A DNA stretch of 64,000 nucleotides from Octopus vulgaris (Eukaryota): positions 103,726,001 to 103,790,000 of the forward strand of contig OX597821.1 in NCBI GenBank assembly GCA_951406725.2, in the 5' to 3' direction. Made by a program: the position numbers and the translations under genes. Positions 12,915-31,538 of the stretch are shown here, piece by piece. How positions within the stretch are numbered: position 1 is the stretch's first letter; each line of letters opens with the position of its first letter. The notes below the pieces were generated by a model. The model did not search any database. It was not told the DNA's origin and saw nothing but the letters and a program-made list of their open reading frames with translations.

Positions 12915-13099
12915 GCAAACTCACCTGTAAAATTTCCACTTTTTTCTTATTTTTATTGCCCTAAAATTTTCGTTGCGTCTTGAAACTTTTTCAATAGTTT
13001 TGACTCTCAAAGTCAAAACTATTGAAAAGGTTGCAACGAAAACTTTAGGACAATAAAAATAAGAAAAAAGTGGAAATTTTACAGGTGAGTTTGTTACAT
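12910..13099. repeat. ~190-bp near-perfect palindrome next to (TA)n
   Basis: TGTAGCAAACTCACCTGTAAAATTTCCACTTTTTTCTTATTTTTATTG.. pairs with ..CAATAAAAATAAGAAAAAAGTGGAAATTTTACAGGTGAGTTTGTTACA; short central loop at ~12995-13000. Confidence 0.92.
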
Positions 13100-13240
13100 A
13101 ATAAAGTACAAAAAGAAAATGACTCTCCCCAGACAACAGAATATGATTCAACACACGAACTCATATAAAGTATCTTGCAAACCAAATCCAAAAACGAAAT
13201 ATATATATATATATATATATGCATACACATACATTTATAT

Positions 13241-13445
13241 ACAATTGCAGCGTGGAAGGTGTTTATAAGCCATTTAAAAACACCCAAAAACCGTTAGATT
13301 CACTTCAACGTTTAAATTTAAAAGTTGAAGTGAATGTAACAGTTTTAGTGTATTTTGAAATGTCTTATAAATACCTTCTACACTGTAATTGGTTTTGTTT
13401 CAGCACACGATCTCAGATCAGGTCATTGCCATGCAAGTGCATCCA
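13241..13445. repeat. Imperfect hairpin element (13241-13391) plus tail; a second family member lies at ~45275-45418
   Basis: CAATTGCAGCGTGGAAGGTGTTTATAAG..TTCACTTCAAC pairs with GTTGAAGTGAA..CTTATAAATACCTTCTACACTGTAATTG. GATCTCAGATCAGGTCA occurs at both loci. Confidence 0.75.
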
Positions 13446-13472
13446 CAATAATATATTTATATGTGTGTATGT

Positions 13473-13503
<31 letters not shown>

Positions 13504-13506
13504 AAT

Positions 13507-14235
<729 letters not shown>

Positions 14236-16849
14236 AATATAACAAAACATACTTGATTACAGTTATAACTTACAAATTCTCTTCATTTATGAAGATTCCA
14301 AGACATTCGGTAAGTTTTCTAGTGATTCTTGCTTCATACCTGACACAAGAAGAATAATTACCAAACGTTCTTTCCACAATATCTCCCTAAAAGCGAGGAA
14401 TATTATAACATTTTTTTTTCGATTTCTAAAAGCGTTTTTGTCGCAAATCCTATTTTTTTATTTTTTTCCTGCGAATTTTACTAGCAATAATTTCCCTCTT
14501 CCAATCTATATTATAATGAAACCCGAACATTTCGAATTTTATGTTATTTTGTATATTACAGATTATTTATGATTACAGGCATGACATTAAGTCTATGCTA
14601 TATACCAGGATATATTTGGATTTCGTATAATTTAACTGTGGATGTTTTCAATCTCCAAAACATGTAATTATAGATTAGCATATTCTCAACAACGGTTTAA
14701 CTGCGTGATAGCCGCATATTTTTGTGTTTCACTCTGTAAATAATATCATACTTATTATGTCTTTATGTCAGTATTCTGTATTAGAGTTATAATTGCGTAG
14801 CATTATATTTTTTGAGCTGTACATTGGACTTCCTAGTAAGTAATTTTGTTTGATATCGTGTATTGGAAATGAAGCAGAAAATGTTAAATTCAAAGCTGTT
14901 ATTTTGATATTTCAAGAAATAAAAGGCAAGCTAAATTCCAAAGATTTTGTTATTTTTAGACTGCCTTCAACGAAGTAATTGATTGCAATCCTTTTACAGA
15001 TAGTCTTTATTTGAAAGCTGTGGTGCTGAACTAAAGTTATTTTTCTATCAAGATTCATGATCCTATGGATAATATTACATTTCTTTCTTGCTAAACACGA
15101 TGCTTAATAGAGTGATTGAAATTTCGAGAATTTTGGTACGTTTTCAGGAAATGCTTTTGCTAATATATTTTCATGACTATTGAAACCGTTTTCGGTATTT
15201 ACATCATGAAGCACTGACGCAAATTGCAATATATCTCATACAGATTTATTAAACCATGCTCCCTGACAGCTTAGATCTCAAATATTAAATTGTGGGGAAC
15301 TTAGTCTTACATTTGATCCTTTACAAATATGCGAAGAATTTTCTCTCCAAATTTTCAAAATTAAAAAAAAAAAGAAAGAAAAGGGAAAAAGAATTCCGTA
15401 TAATTAGATCTGGGCTGCACCAAACATCTACGTATTCAAAGGTTCAAAGAACTTATTGAAAAATTCTTCAAGCTGTTAATTTTCCCACTTTTGACAGTGT
15501 GTTTGATGCACTTATTTCATCACTTGATATTTAAAAATTGTCTCGTTCATTTTATATGATATTATATAACACATAACGACTGCCAGGATTCATTAAACCA
15601 CACATCACTTGGAAATATATCTGCATTCTAGATTCCTCGCTGGCATATCTATTGATTAACACTGGTGTTTATCCTCTTTGATGTTGCAATATACATATTC
15701 TGTCTTATTTTTTTTCCTCACCACCTTTGCTGTTAATAGCCTTAACATTTTACGTTTGTACAATGAAGCATAACTTTTTACGTATCAAGCATAGTGAGTT
15801 TCAGTTTCAGCAATCATATTAACTTATCCTTAGTTTTACCTAATTGGAAGTCAAGAAAGATTTCAGAAAAACAAATATCACGAAATGACATATGTAATAT
15901 GACATTTTCCCAATTATATGTGCATTATTTATATTGTATATTTATATCTATTTTCACATAAACGTTAGCCATAGAGCTGTTAAGTATTTCCTCACATTAT
16001 ACCGATATTATTTATGGAATGCTTGATTAATGTTCGAGTCCCTGTTTCTCTGCTTTATTAATTTTCGGTATCCGCTTGATGCTTAACTTTTTCATTGTGC
16101 CCTATCACATATAGTTAGGCAAACAATATTTTCAAGATATCTTAGGTCATATGGACCTTCAAGGCATTCGCTCCACTTCGGCATTATATACGAAGCTCAG
16201 AACATGAATTTATATGTATTTTTATGTGCCTTTTTTAAAAATTAATAATTGGTAGAAGTTGAAGAATCACTGGGAGACCGAGAGTTACAGTGAAAATAAA
16301 AAAATATTCTTGCACGAACAGGGGACTATACAACGCATACACACGCACACACGTGTTTATATACATACAACGCACAGACGGACTCCCATCGACTTCGCAG
16401 ATTTCCGCACAGTTTTCATCTTCGAGTATGCTGGTCAACTCATGAATAAAATGGAAGTAAGTTCCAAAATCGTAGCGTTGCAAAAACAAACTTGGAACGA
16501 GTTCGTAAAGAATCAAACTTTCTAATCGCATGGCCATTCTTATCTTCTTTTTTACCAATCTTAACGAAAAAAACACTTCTCTAAACATTTTGCAGCATTC
16601 TCGGCTTCAAGTTGGAGTGGTCAGTTGTACCATACACATGTGTGCGCTGAAACACACCAACAGACACAGAAATAAGGACTTCTTTTTTGCAGTCAACTAA
16701 TAAACAAAAACAAACAAAAACAAGACCAAAATACTCACGGAAGTGATCACAGATATATCGAAAATAGCTAATAAAAAGCATAACTGGCATATCCAGACTG
16801 ATTGTGAATACAACACATACTGAAAAATAAAACAAAATCCTCTAACACA

Positions 16850-17140
16850 AAAAGAGGACTATACAGAGATGATGGGCTAAATGAATCCAGCAACAAGTAT
16901 GGAGAGATTTAGGAAGACTTATAAAAACAGTAGTTAAAACTGTAACACCTTAACGTAGAACATCTGTAAGGCCTTATGCTTATGTTAGTGGATCTTTTTT
17001 TTTTTCGTTTGTTATCAGTGTGTCCAGTATGTATAATTTTACCTGAATATACCCTAACTGCAAATTTACGTAAATTCCGCAGATCAGATACATAAGGTAT
17101 TCTTTGAAAGCACAATCACAATCACCCACCATAATTTCAT
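16850..17140 (+). mobile_element. Possible decayed Penelope-like RT fragment
   Basis: GGACTATACAGAGATGATGGGCTA translates as GLYRDDGL (PLE-type RT active-site motif), with NHPP downstream; otherwise decayed. Confidence 0.4.
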
Positions 17141-17220
17141 GTTACAAAAATGCAAATAGACTGCTTCTGTCACCCGTTTCCGAATACAAATCACACTATA
17201 GACAACATCAGCATCGCGTG

Positions 17221-17410
17221 GAGGAATAATGGCCCAGTGGTTATGGCAGCGGACTTGTTATCGTAAGAACGCGGTTTCGATTCCCAGACCGGATATTGTG
17301 AGTGTTTATTGAGCAAAAACACCTAAGCTCCACGAGGCTCCGGCAGGGGTTGGTGGTGAACCCTGCTGAACTCTTTCACCACAACTTTCTCTCACTCTTT
17401 CTTCATACTT
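17221..17410 (+). mobile_element. tRNA-derived SINE (family E)
   Basis: A-box TGGCCCAGTGG and B-box GTTTCGATTCC at tRNA spacing, followed by a non-tRNA body and a CT-rich tail. Confidence 0.65.
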
Positions 17411-18363
17411 CTGCCACAATTCAGAGGAACCATGATTTAACCCACAATGGTGTGGTAAACTTTCAGACCCTAATCCAGATTGTGAATCCTCTGTACCCCT
17501 GGATGGCGTAGCTCTCCACCCGTTAAAAGCCACCGTTTATGGAATGAGGATAACAACGTAGCTTTCGCGCCCGTGCGACCACCAGTCTATCGCGTGTGGT
17601 GGGTGGATCTTCAAGTTGCCACACGCATTCTTAGTAGCTTAGAGTAGGCTCGAATTAGAGATTATTCTTTGTGGCTAATGGCATGAGTCCTGGTTGGAAG
17701 AAGAAGACATCAGCATCGACTTACTTAATGCATAATAAAACGGAATGATATTTAACAAAACAGCAAAAATTTTATTATTACAGAAATCAAAGAAGTACTT
17801 ATTTTGACACCAAGTTGAAAGGCACAGGATATCCCGTAACATATAGGTATTGCTCTGTGACTACCGATTTGCTGTTCTAAAGTAGAACTGTGGGTTGTTA
17901 GTCAAGGCTCAATATACATAAAAGCAAGTAAGCAATGTAAACCGAATGTAACTGGATAAACCCAAGAGGGGGAGGGGCATGAAAAAAGTACATTGAGATA
18001 TATCTGCAGATCTAACACTATAAAGCTATATTGTTATATTAGTTGACACAAAACTAGATTAATGCCGCGCAACAATTCATTCAGAAATCAAAAGTAATAT
18101 AACATCATTTATAAAATACATTTGGTGTTTAAAAGAGAGAGGATAAACCAATTAGACGGTGAAATAGAGAATAATTGTAGAACCAAAAGTATAGAAAAAA
18201 CATGGTAGCCACCATTTATGCTCATCTGAAAAATTGAGAAATTTACTAGAAATAGCGTTGTGTCGAACAAAAGAAATGAGTTCATCTGACCGTGCCTACA
18301 AAGAATGATAATACGGTCTGCGCTCAATCGAGGTTTCTGCTTATGCAGAAACGACCACCCGCA

Positions 18364-18604
18364 AGGGCGGTGAGCGGTGAGCTGGCAGAAACGTTAGTAC
18401 GCCGGGCTAAATGCTTAACGGCGTTTCGTCTGTCTATACGTTCTGAGTTCAAATTCCGCCAAGGTCGACTTTGCCTTTCATCCTTTCGGGATCGTTAAAT
18501 TAAGTACCAGTTACGCACTGGGGTCAACGTATTCTACTTAATCCTTTTGTTTCTCCTTGTTTGTTACCCCTGTGTTTAGCACCTTGTGGGCAATAAAAAA
18601 AAGA
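18364..18604 (+). mobile_element. SINE family B, full length with 17-bp TSD
   Basis: GGTGAGCTGGCAGAA..GAGTTCAAATTCC..GGTCGACTTTGCCTTTCATCCTTTCGGG; AGAAACGACCACCCGCA is duplicated at 18347-18363 and 18605-18621. Confidence 0.92.
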
Positions 18605-18732
18605 AGAAACGACCACCCGCATTTATATGATATAAAGATGAGCTGAAAGCTAACTTCAAAGTTATAAAGATTTCCACAGTAACATTTGTAAAAACAAAAA
18701 CAAAAAAAAAACAAACAAAAAAAACACAACCC

Positions 18733-18945
18733 GGCATTGAATCGCAGTGTATGGGCGTTCATTTGATATAAGACCGTAAAGAACTATGACCTGAGCCGAG
18801 GAGATCATCTTAAGGAACTCAGAGCGAAGACTAAGTCTCGCGCTAAAATGCCGGCCGCTTTGTACAGCAATCCTTTCATATGTCCAATCTGTGGACAGGT
18901 CTGTAAATCGGTGGCTGGATTAAAGCCTCATAAAAAGACATATAT
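18733..18945 (+). mobile_element. RTE/BovB-like LINE extreme C-terminal fragment (zinc-finger-like tail)
   Basis: ALNRSVWAFI*..FICPICGQVCKSVAGLKPHKKT matches the AxDRxxW..CxxCxxxCxSxxGLxxH end of RTE ORF2. Confidence 0.6.
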
Positions 18946-19092
18946 ATAAACCTAAAACAAAATAAACGGATATACAAAGACTAAAAGCAAACAAAAGAGA
19001 AATATGCTGTTAGACATTCATAGGCGAAATTGACGGGAGAATCCAAATACGATAATTTCACACACACACACACACACACAATTATATATATA

Positions 19093-19322
19093 TTTCTTTG
19101 CTACCCACAAGGGGCTAAACACAGAGAGGACAAACAAGGATAGACAAAGGGATTAAGTCGATTACAACGAGCCCAGTGCGTAGCTGGTACTTAATTTATC
19201 GACCCCGAATGGATGAAAGGCAAAGTCGACCTCGGCAGAATTTGAACCCAGAACGTAACGGCAGACGAAATACGGCTACGCATTTCGACCGGCGTGCAAA
19301 CGTTTCTGCCAGTTCGCCGCCT
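19093..19322 (-). mobile_element. SINE family B, full length with TSD
   Basis: Reverse complement of family B; ACACACAATTATATATAT on both sides. Confidence 0.9.
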
Positions 19323-19669
19323 TACACACAATTATATATATTTGTGTGTGTTTGCGTGTATGTGTCTGTACATTAGTATATGTATGTCTACGTTTATATG
19401 TGTACACATATGTGTATGTGTATATAAAGAAAAGCAAAAACTAAACATGCCTACGTACAAGGTTGCCCATTTTATCTGTCTGTCCATCTGTCTATTTGCT
19501 CGTCTTTAAATATATTTGTCAAAGTCTTTGTGTTTATCAGCCAGTGTTTCTTCTGTCTATTGCAGCTGACCTACATAAATGCCTACCTCACGACTTACCC
19601 ACCTGTCTTTCTACTCACTCACATAGGTATATATATATATACACATGCATTCATGTGACTATGTATGCA

Positions 19670-22830
<3,161 letters not shown>

Positions 22831-23104
22831 TTATCTCTTACATTTTCAGTAGGCAGATACACAGATATGATATATATTACATTTTTATTGCTGCAACGAG
22901 CGCAATTTTTTGCTGCAACTTCGCCATTGATCAAAATATATTATAACATAGGAAATACAAAGGGATTATTAAATCAGAGCTGGATTTCCGGTCAGTGCAC
23001 CAGCAAATACACGCTAACGGAATGTATAAAGTAGGTAGTTTTCTGAAAGGAAATACACATACAGACCGAAATTCCAATAAGTTAGATGTGTAGTGTAAAA
23101 TAGC

Positions 23105-23372
23105 GGTTTCAAATTTTGGCACAAGGCCTGCGAATTCGTGGGGAAGGGGATAAGTCGATTACATCGGCCCCCAGTACTCAAATAGTACTTATTTTATCGA
23201 GCTCGATGGATGAATGTCAAACACCAGTACACAATTGGTACTTAATTTATCGATTCCGAAAGGATAAAAGTCAAAGTCGACCTAGGCGGAATTTGAACTC
23301 AGGACGGAAAGACGGACGAAATGCCGCTAAGCATTTCACCCGGTGTGCTAACGATTCTTCCAGCTCGCTAGC
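23105..23372 (-). mobile_element. SINE family B with partial internal duplication
   Basis: GGTACTTAATTTATCGATTCCGAAAGGATAAAAGTCAAAGTCGACCT..GCTAACGATTCTTCCAGCTCGC; an earlier partial repeat of the 3' segment lies at ~23150-23215. Confidence 0.85.
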
Positions 23373-23399
23373 TTATTTTGTAGTATAATGTATTAAACC

Positions 23400-23542
23400 A
23401 AAATGGAGTGAGGACCCAGGTTCGAAATTTTCCCAAGAGACCTGATGAAGGCTGGAAGGTATATCAGCCGAAACGTTGTGTTAACAACAAACAAGATGAG
23501 GACAAATATCCGTCAAATGTAAATAATGTAAATAATGTAAAT
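23400..23542 (+). mobile_element. Truncated hammerhead-bearing element (same family as 46134-46451)
   Basis: Near-identical to 46333-46450; ends in (AAATAATGT)n. Confidence 0.8.
23437..23482 (+). ncRNA. Minimal type-I hammerhead ribozyme motif, intact core
   Basis: GAGAC | CTGATGA(23442-48) A | GGCTG..CAGCC helix II | GAAA(23470-73) CG TT (AACGTT palindrome; GUU triplet) | GTGTT. Helix I is fully paired (GACAC/GTGTT) in the paralog at 46355-46400. Confidence 0.75.
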
Positions 23543-23574
23543 AATAAATATATAAAATAGATAGTTATCGGAAA

Positions 23575-23872
23575 TAGGAGCACTTCGTCTGTTACGACGA
23601 TGAGGGTCCCATCTGATACGATCAACGGAACAACTGGCTCATGAAATTAACGTGCAGCGTATTCCAAAGACCCGTGGTTCTCAGGAAGATTCAGCGTGAT
23701 ACAGAGTGTGAGAAGGCTGGCCCTTTGAAATACAAGTACTACTCATTTTTACCAGCTGAGTGGACTGGAGCAACGTGAAATAAAGTGTCTTGCTTAAGGA
23801 CACAACGCGTCGCCGGGAATTGAACTCACCCTCGTGAGCCGAATGCCCTAACCACTAAGCCACGTGCCCTCA
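23575..23872 (-). mobile_element. tRNA-derived CORE-like SINE (family F)
   Basis: Minus strand: TGGCTTAGTGGTTAGGGC (A box), GAGTTCAATTCCC (B box), TTGTGTCCTTAAGCAAGACACTTTA (CORE-like). Confidence 0.75.
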
Positions 23873-23903
23873 GTATCCAAAATATTATCATACCAAAGTG
23901 TAA

Positions 23904-24113
23904 GGCGGCGAGCTGGCAGACTCACTAGCACGCTGAGCACGCTTCTTAGCGGCGTTTCGTGCGTCGTCTAAGTTCTCAGCTCAAACACCACCGAGGTCGA
24001 CATTGTCTTTCATCCTTCCATGGTCAGTAAAATAAATTCCACTTGAAGACTGGGGTCGATCTAATCGACTTAGCCCCTTCCCCGAAATTGCTGGCTTTGT
24101 GCCAAAATGTGAA
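23904..24113 (+). mobile_element. SINE family B, diverged
   Basis: GGCGGCGAGCTGGCAGA..CCGAGGTCGACATTGTCTTTCATCCTTCC..CTGGGGTCGATCTAATCGACT. Confidence 0.85.
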
Positions 24114-26629
24114 AATAATATTAAACTAGAGTTATTATAATTTATATAAACCTGAGCTATCCTGTTGCAAGACCTTAGATTTCACAACATATTTGCAGCA
24201 AAAATTCTTGAATTTACAGAAACAGCAAAAGGCGAATGTTTAAGAAGTTCTCCGAGTGAGCAGGAGGTCCTATGTTCTATCCCATTGTGTGACATCTTCG
24301 ACATGTGTTCTTTTGTTTGTTTTATACTTATGGCTTCACGTTTCGTGAGTGAAACTATCCGGAAGGCTTTCGGATGGTTTACTCACGTAATGTAATGTAA
24401 TGTAATGCTCCAGCTAGGTCATCCTATATCAAAACTTTCATATTACGTAAAGTGTATATATGACTTTGGAATCCTCCGCCGTTGCAACTCCAATTCAATT
24501 AACACTATTGGATACTCTTCGTTGAAACCGGTGCAGATCTGACAATTACAACAATATTTAGGCTACTAAACTGGAAAAGGGGGGGAAATAACTTTCCATT
24601 GATATTAAGACACGCTAGATTCTGATAGCATCTGGAAACATCTACAGAAATAGTAGTGTAAATGGAAACTATGTAGAAGCCTGTTGTATTTATACACATG
24701 TATATGAGTGTGTGTATGAGAGCGTGTATTTGTATGTCTGCATGTATGCGTACGCGTGCGTGTCTGTCCCACAGTTTCACTACTGGCACACTTTTACGCA
24801 CGTCCTTGCCACTTAACGGTTCGGCATAAGGGAACGTAATAGGTAATTCCAGACTTTAAAAACTAAGTAGTGGTTATCGATTTGTTCGACGACAGCCCTT
24901 CAATGTTGTGATCGAGTATGGCTGCAATTCAATGAGTGAAACCAGTAAAAGAAATAATTGATACCAGGCAGATGAAAATAAATAGTAACAACTATGGCGG
25001 AAGAAGTTTACGGTCGAAACAGAGAGCTTTCTGGTGCCGTATAATGTAAGCCAGACAATTCCAGTAAGACAAACAATAACAAACACAAATATCTCCAATT
25101 TTGCAGCGTAAGAGGAACCAATAATCTACAAGTTGGTAGCAGATTCTCCAAGAATTAACCACTTCTCGATGACTTTGGAAGCCATTTCAAAACTATTGGT
25201 CGATCGTATATAAACAAAGACTAGAAGGGAAACTACTTTGCATACCAACATAAAATTTTCCATGAATATCTTCATTGGAATTTGGCAATGATTCCGATAT
25301 CGATAAGAAATGTTTCCTTGCTTATGACTAGTGACCATTAACTTTACGTAATATATCGAAGATTATGGTATTGCGGTCCAAAATTAAAAGATGGTAACTA
25401 AATATTTGTTGAATATATGAAACAGAGAAGATGATAATTCTTGAAAATGCGGTAAAAATATTGATTATGTCATATATATCTGTGCAAGACGTTACGTTTG
25501 TGAACAGGAGTTGGCCAGAAATCTCATGAAAATATTATCTTCCAATACGGTATGCTGTTACTGAAACAATATATAAAGCTACACAATGGGAATGAGAAAA
25601 ATGAAGCAACAAATTAAGAGACGCCGACAGTTCTGAGTCGACTGTCTATGTGTATATGTGTGCGCATGCCTAGCCAAAATATTTAGTGATGTATAAGACA
25701 AGCAGTTCTTCGTGTATGTAAGTCTACCCAAAAACACAAGTAGTGTTTTCCAAAGGTCAGTCTTTACCTTAAAGATCACTAATATTGTATATATATTGTC
25801 GCAGGCCTCGTCATCACAAGTTAAAAAGTTAGAACAAATAACCCAAGGTATTGTAATCAATATTATAACGATTTCAGACATTTCATAGACTTTACGGTGA
25901 AATGAAGAAAAAATGCTGAATATAGCGATGTTCCAACATAAAGAATATTGGTAAACCATTCCTATAAAATAAATTGTCGTGTGAGAATCAAAACTATGGT
26001 ATGCATGTCTATTCTTAATACATTCCAGTAGATACAAAACTGAATATGTTAATCGATTTTGAATTTCTTCACTAGAGAACAATACCACCTTTCAGATGCG
26101 TGTACGTTCATTACACTCTATTCATTAGCGTAAAGGGAAATTGAGACACCCGGTGTTTCAACATCACTTTGTCTCCTCAGCCAAGGCTAGTTCCGGACGT
26201 GTCGGTTTTTCCTTATAATTTCAGCAAACAAGTTATTTGTTGTTGTATGCTGATGTCTGACAAGTGAGAATAAATCACGTGCAAGTTGCCACTAAATATT
26301 AAAGCCATTCACTCAGAAATAAGTATTTGCAAGAAAAACAAAACTATCCGTTGAAATCTGGGTCAGCTCACAGTTATGATAATTTCATTTAAAATAATTT
26401 TATTATTATAATTAAGTTACAATAATTTTCATTTAAAAATACTGACAAAATTCATTTATGTCCAACAGGTTGGAGAAATAGAAGTTCACATCCAAATTAT
26501 GCATTTGTATTTGAATCCAAATTCATGGGGGAACGTACGTGTTTTATGTTAATATGTGTTGAGATTACGATCTGGAAAATTTCTTCTTTTCAGGCAAACT
26601 AATTGCCTAGATAACAACAGTGAAGGGCG

Positions 26630-27385
<756 letters not shown>

Positions 27386-27855
27386 AAATATCCAGCACTT
27401 TTGAAATATTCAACAGGTAACTGTTAAGCATATTTGTTGCCTAAATTCCAACGATGTTGCTTCGTTCCTTTGTTAGAAACAAGGTGATTTTTACCGGAAG
27501 AATTCCCAGAATGAAAAGAGACAAACACACGCTCGTACATATACAAACATACGCGCATGCGTATATACACATGCGCATGTATACGGCAATGCAAACAGTC
27601 GTAGAATAACATGCGTCATGCAACATGCACCATGCAACATGTACAGTGTTCATGTTGTTCTATTTGTATACGAAGCACGAATCAATTACACAAGAACACA
27701 CAAAATGTGACCATCCTAGTTTTTAGACTTTATTTGAAGAATTAAAAAAAGATTAGAATCAGAATAGAATGGCGCATAAACAAATGCCTAAATATATACA
27801 CATACATATATGCACACACATATATGCAATGAAATGTTTACACACACACACACAC

Positions 27856-27890
<35 letters not shown>

Positions 27891-27941
27891 TATAAAAACA
27901 TATAAATGCATATACATGTGTATATTTATATAGATGTATAT

Positions 27942-27986
<45 letters not shown>

Positions 27987-28042
27987 CATATATGTCTGTG
28001 TGTAAGTATACTTATATGTACTGTATATATATTTATATATAC

Positions 28043-28142
<100 letters not shown>

Positions 28143-28390
28143 GAAGATATGCATGTCTGTATAAATGAGTTATGTTGGCAAATTAAAACGATCATCTATT
28201 CAATGCCTTCTATTTTTCCGGTTCGGAATCACACACACACACATACACACACACACATATATGTATGTATATATATATATATATATACATATATATGTAT
28301 ATATGTATATATATATATATTATATAACACACGCACAAAAATATACACATGGCTATATATATATGTATGTATATGTATATATGTATATAT

Positions 28391-28437
<47 letters not shown>

Positions 28438-28633
28438 TAAATATATATTTGTATAAGCATACAACACGACGCGTTTATACGTGAACACGCAGCACCAACG
28501 TATGCACCTGAAACACGCACAGTTTGCGTCACTCGTGTATGCGTTCATGTTGAACGAAGCGCTTCGTAGTTCCGCACACAACCCTACCTTCACAGATTCA
28601 AGTACACATGCGCAAAGTGGTTGCGGCGTATCA

Positions 28634-28677
<44 letters not shown>

Positions 28678-29004
28678 GAATCATCTCCGTAGCAGTCATG
28701 TCTAAACGACATAGGCAGAGTACCTTTGGACATACTGATTTATGCCTAACGTAAAAATGCATGCATCATTCTATAAGTGTTATGTGTGCTGGTAGGACTG
28801 TTGCACCTTTAAGTGATACGTACATACGCACGCCGGCTTGTAGTCGTAAACACAAACACATAAATACATGAACGTATTTGTATATGCATACATACAGGTA
28901 TATATATATATACCTGTATGTATGTATATATATATATATATATATATGTATCTACGTATCTCTCTCTCTCTCTTTCTGTCTGTGTGTATATATATATATG
29001 TATG

Positions 29005-29069
<65 letters not shown>

Positions 29070-29088
29070 ATGTCTATACACGTACATA

Positions 29089-29119
<31 letters not shown>

Positions 29120-29207
29120 TGAGAGAGGAAGAGAAAACAAGAAAATATTAAGACACAGATGAAAGATGAAGCCATACATGTGTATGTGTGTCTATATGTA
29201 GTATATA

Positions 29208-29243
<36 letters not shown>

Positions 29244-29908
29244 CATACATATATATATGTATGTATTTGTATACATATATATATATATATGGGTGTGTAT
29301 GTATATGCATATATATACAGATGGATGTATATGCGCATATCTGTGAATATCTATATACATATTTATATGTAAGATGTTTACTTTTTGCCTCTGTGTATGG
29401 TGAACATATATGGTATGTGCACACACTGATGCAAATATACACACACACATACATTCACATACACTTACACATACTCACAGACACGCGCACAATCACACGT
29501 ATAGACTCTCCGTCACACCCGTGCATACACATACATCGATGCACATAGTAGACGCACATTCCACATATATACGCAAAAAAACTAAAAAAAAAACCAAAAC
29601 AAATGTAACAACACAAATATCGAAAATGTATTGCTGCTGTTTTGCGATTGTGGTTTGGGTTGTCAATATTGTTGTTGTTGTTGTTGCTGTTGTTGTTGTT
29701 GTTATTGTTGTTGTTGTTTCCGTTTTTTTGTGTTGTTCTTATTGTTTAATTGTTCAATAAAGATTGTTTCTGCCGTATTGCTGCATTCACTGTCGTCGTG
29801 TTGTTATGTAGTCGAAGCCGCGTTCTTGTAATTTTTTTTTGTTGATGTGAGAGAATAACAATATTCTTCCAGTGTTCATTGTTGTTGACGTTATTGCTAT
29901 TTTTATTA

Positions 29909-29952
<44 letters not shown>

Positions 29953-30160
29953 AAGAAGAATAAGAAACCTTCTCTGCAATAGACACAAGGCTTGAAATTT
30001 AAGGGAATGGCCTAATCGGTTCCATTGACCCCAGAACTTAACTGGTACTTCTTACATCATCCCTTCGGGGTGAATAAAACAAACAATCGTGCACCGAGGT
30101 TGATGTAATCGACTAACACGTTCCCCTCAAATTTCAGGGCTTGTGCCTTTAGTAGACACG

Positions 30161-30222
<62 letters not shown>

Positions 30223-30255
30223 TATTATTATTATTATCATTAATATTATTATTAA

Positions 30256-30379
<124 letters not shown>

Positions 30380-30938
30380 GAGTGAGAGAGCAGTGCATTC
30401 CATAAAAGTGACACTGGTGTAAAATATATTTGAAGCCCAGTATACGCATCATGACCGGCCGTCTGATAAAGGTACACGAGGCACATGCATCACAACCATA
30501 TGTGCGCGACATGGTGATCTCATATCAAAATAAACAGCACATGATCTCGTAGGTAGAGCCCAGTTAGAATTTTCTTCACATCGGGTACTCCATCCCGCTC
30601 GCAGGGTCCTTGAATAAAGGCTGTTTAAGGATGCTGAACCAAACACCCATGTTTCCAGAGGTGAATTATTTAAACCCCAAAGAATTCTTCTCAACACATG
30701 GCTATGATGCTCCCCCACTACTTCTGCTCGTGATCAGAGGTGCACGTCGTCAGCCACTAAGGGACATGTTCAACTGGTTAAGGTCAAACAGCTGACAAGC
30801 AAATCTGTGCTATTAAGTAGAATTGTTGCTGTAGCCCATGTTTTATACCAAGACATAACAACGTACATAATAATAATACTTCAATCAATTAAGATCAGAA
30901 GCTAAGAAAACCACTGCCTGGTACTACATCAGGGCATT
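30380..30938. mobile_element. ~560-bp non-coding element (family C) embedded in (ATT)n
   Basis: GAGTGAGAGAGCAGTGCAT..GCCTGGTACTACATCAGGGCATT; same ends and collinear with 32833-33388. Confidence 0.88.
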
Positions 30939-30953
30939 TATTATTATTATCAA

Positions 30954-31029
<76 letters not shown>

Positions 31030-31030
31030 T

Positions 31031-31290
31031 TGGTCTGGCTCATATTCGGTCTTACTCCCGGTAGGATTTATGTGGGTAGCGTGTTACAACATTTAATCGT
31101 AGGTATCCACATGATTTCAGCAGTCTTTCAACTGCTTACAATCCTCCTGATAATCTTTGCTGTCCCCAAGAGACAAACTTTCTGTAGGTGCTCTACCGGC
31201 CATTCTATTTCAATCTCCTTCAGCCAATTGCCTATATCTTTGCTTATTGTTCCCAACGTACCAAATATTATAGGCCAGACCTTTACTGTT
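31031..31290 (-). mobile_element. R4/Dong-type LINE 3' end (distinct subfamily)
   Basis: Minus strand: VKVWPIIFGTLGTISKDIGNWLKEIEIEWPVEHLQKVCLLGTAKIIRRIVSS*, then a 3' UTR abutting (TAA)n. Confidence 0.8.
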
Positions 31291-31339
31291 CGCAACATAT
31301 GCCTACATGTGTATATATATATATTTAATACAAAATTTC

Positions 31340-31538
31340 GGCTGATTAATCTTGAGATTGCTCCAATCTGGCCAGCCCCAAGGAAGAACTAAGCTAGGGG
31401 GATGATCGGGTTCTTGACTAAGGATAGAAAGCTTCGACTGATCCGTCCTTGATTTTTTATATCGTCTATCTGGATGTTTTGTTGTGTCTTTTTGTATCAC
31501 CTAGTTGTTCGGATGTTTTGCGTTCTTGTCCCATTTTG

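Noticed and set aside
17221-17290. tRNA-like sequences (also near 4110-4185, 23810-23870, 46180-46237)
   Set aside because: They have A/B boxes but no complete cloverleaf and continue into repeat bodies; these are SINE heads, not tRNA genes.
25579-26088. 169-aa non-microsatellite ORF on the minus strand
   Set aside because: Non-ATG start, AT-rich composition and no recognisable motif.
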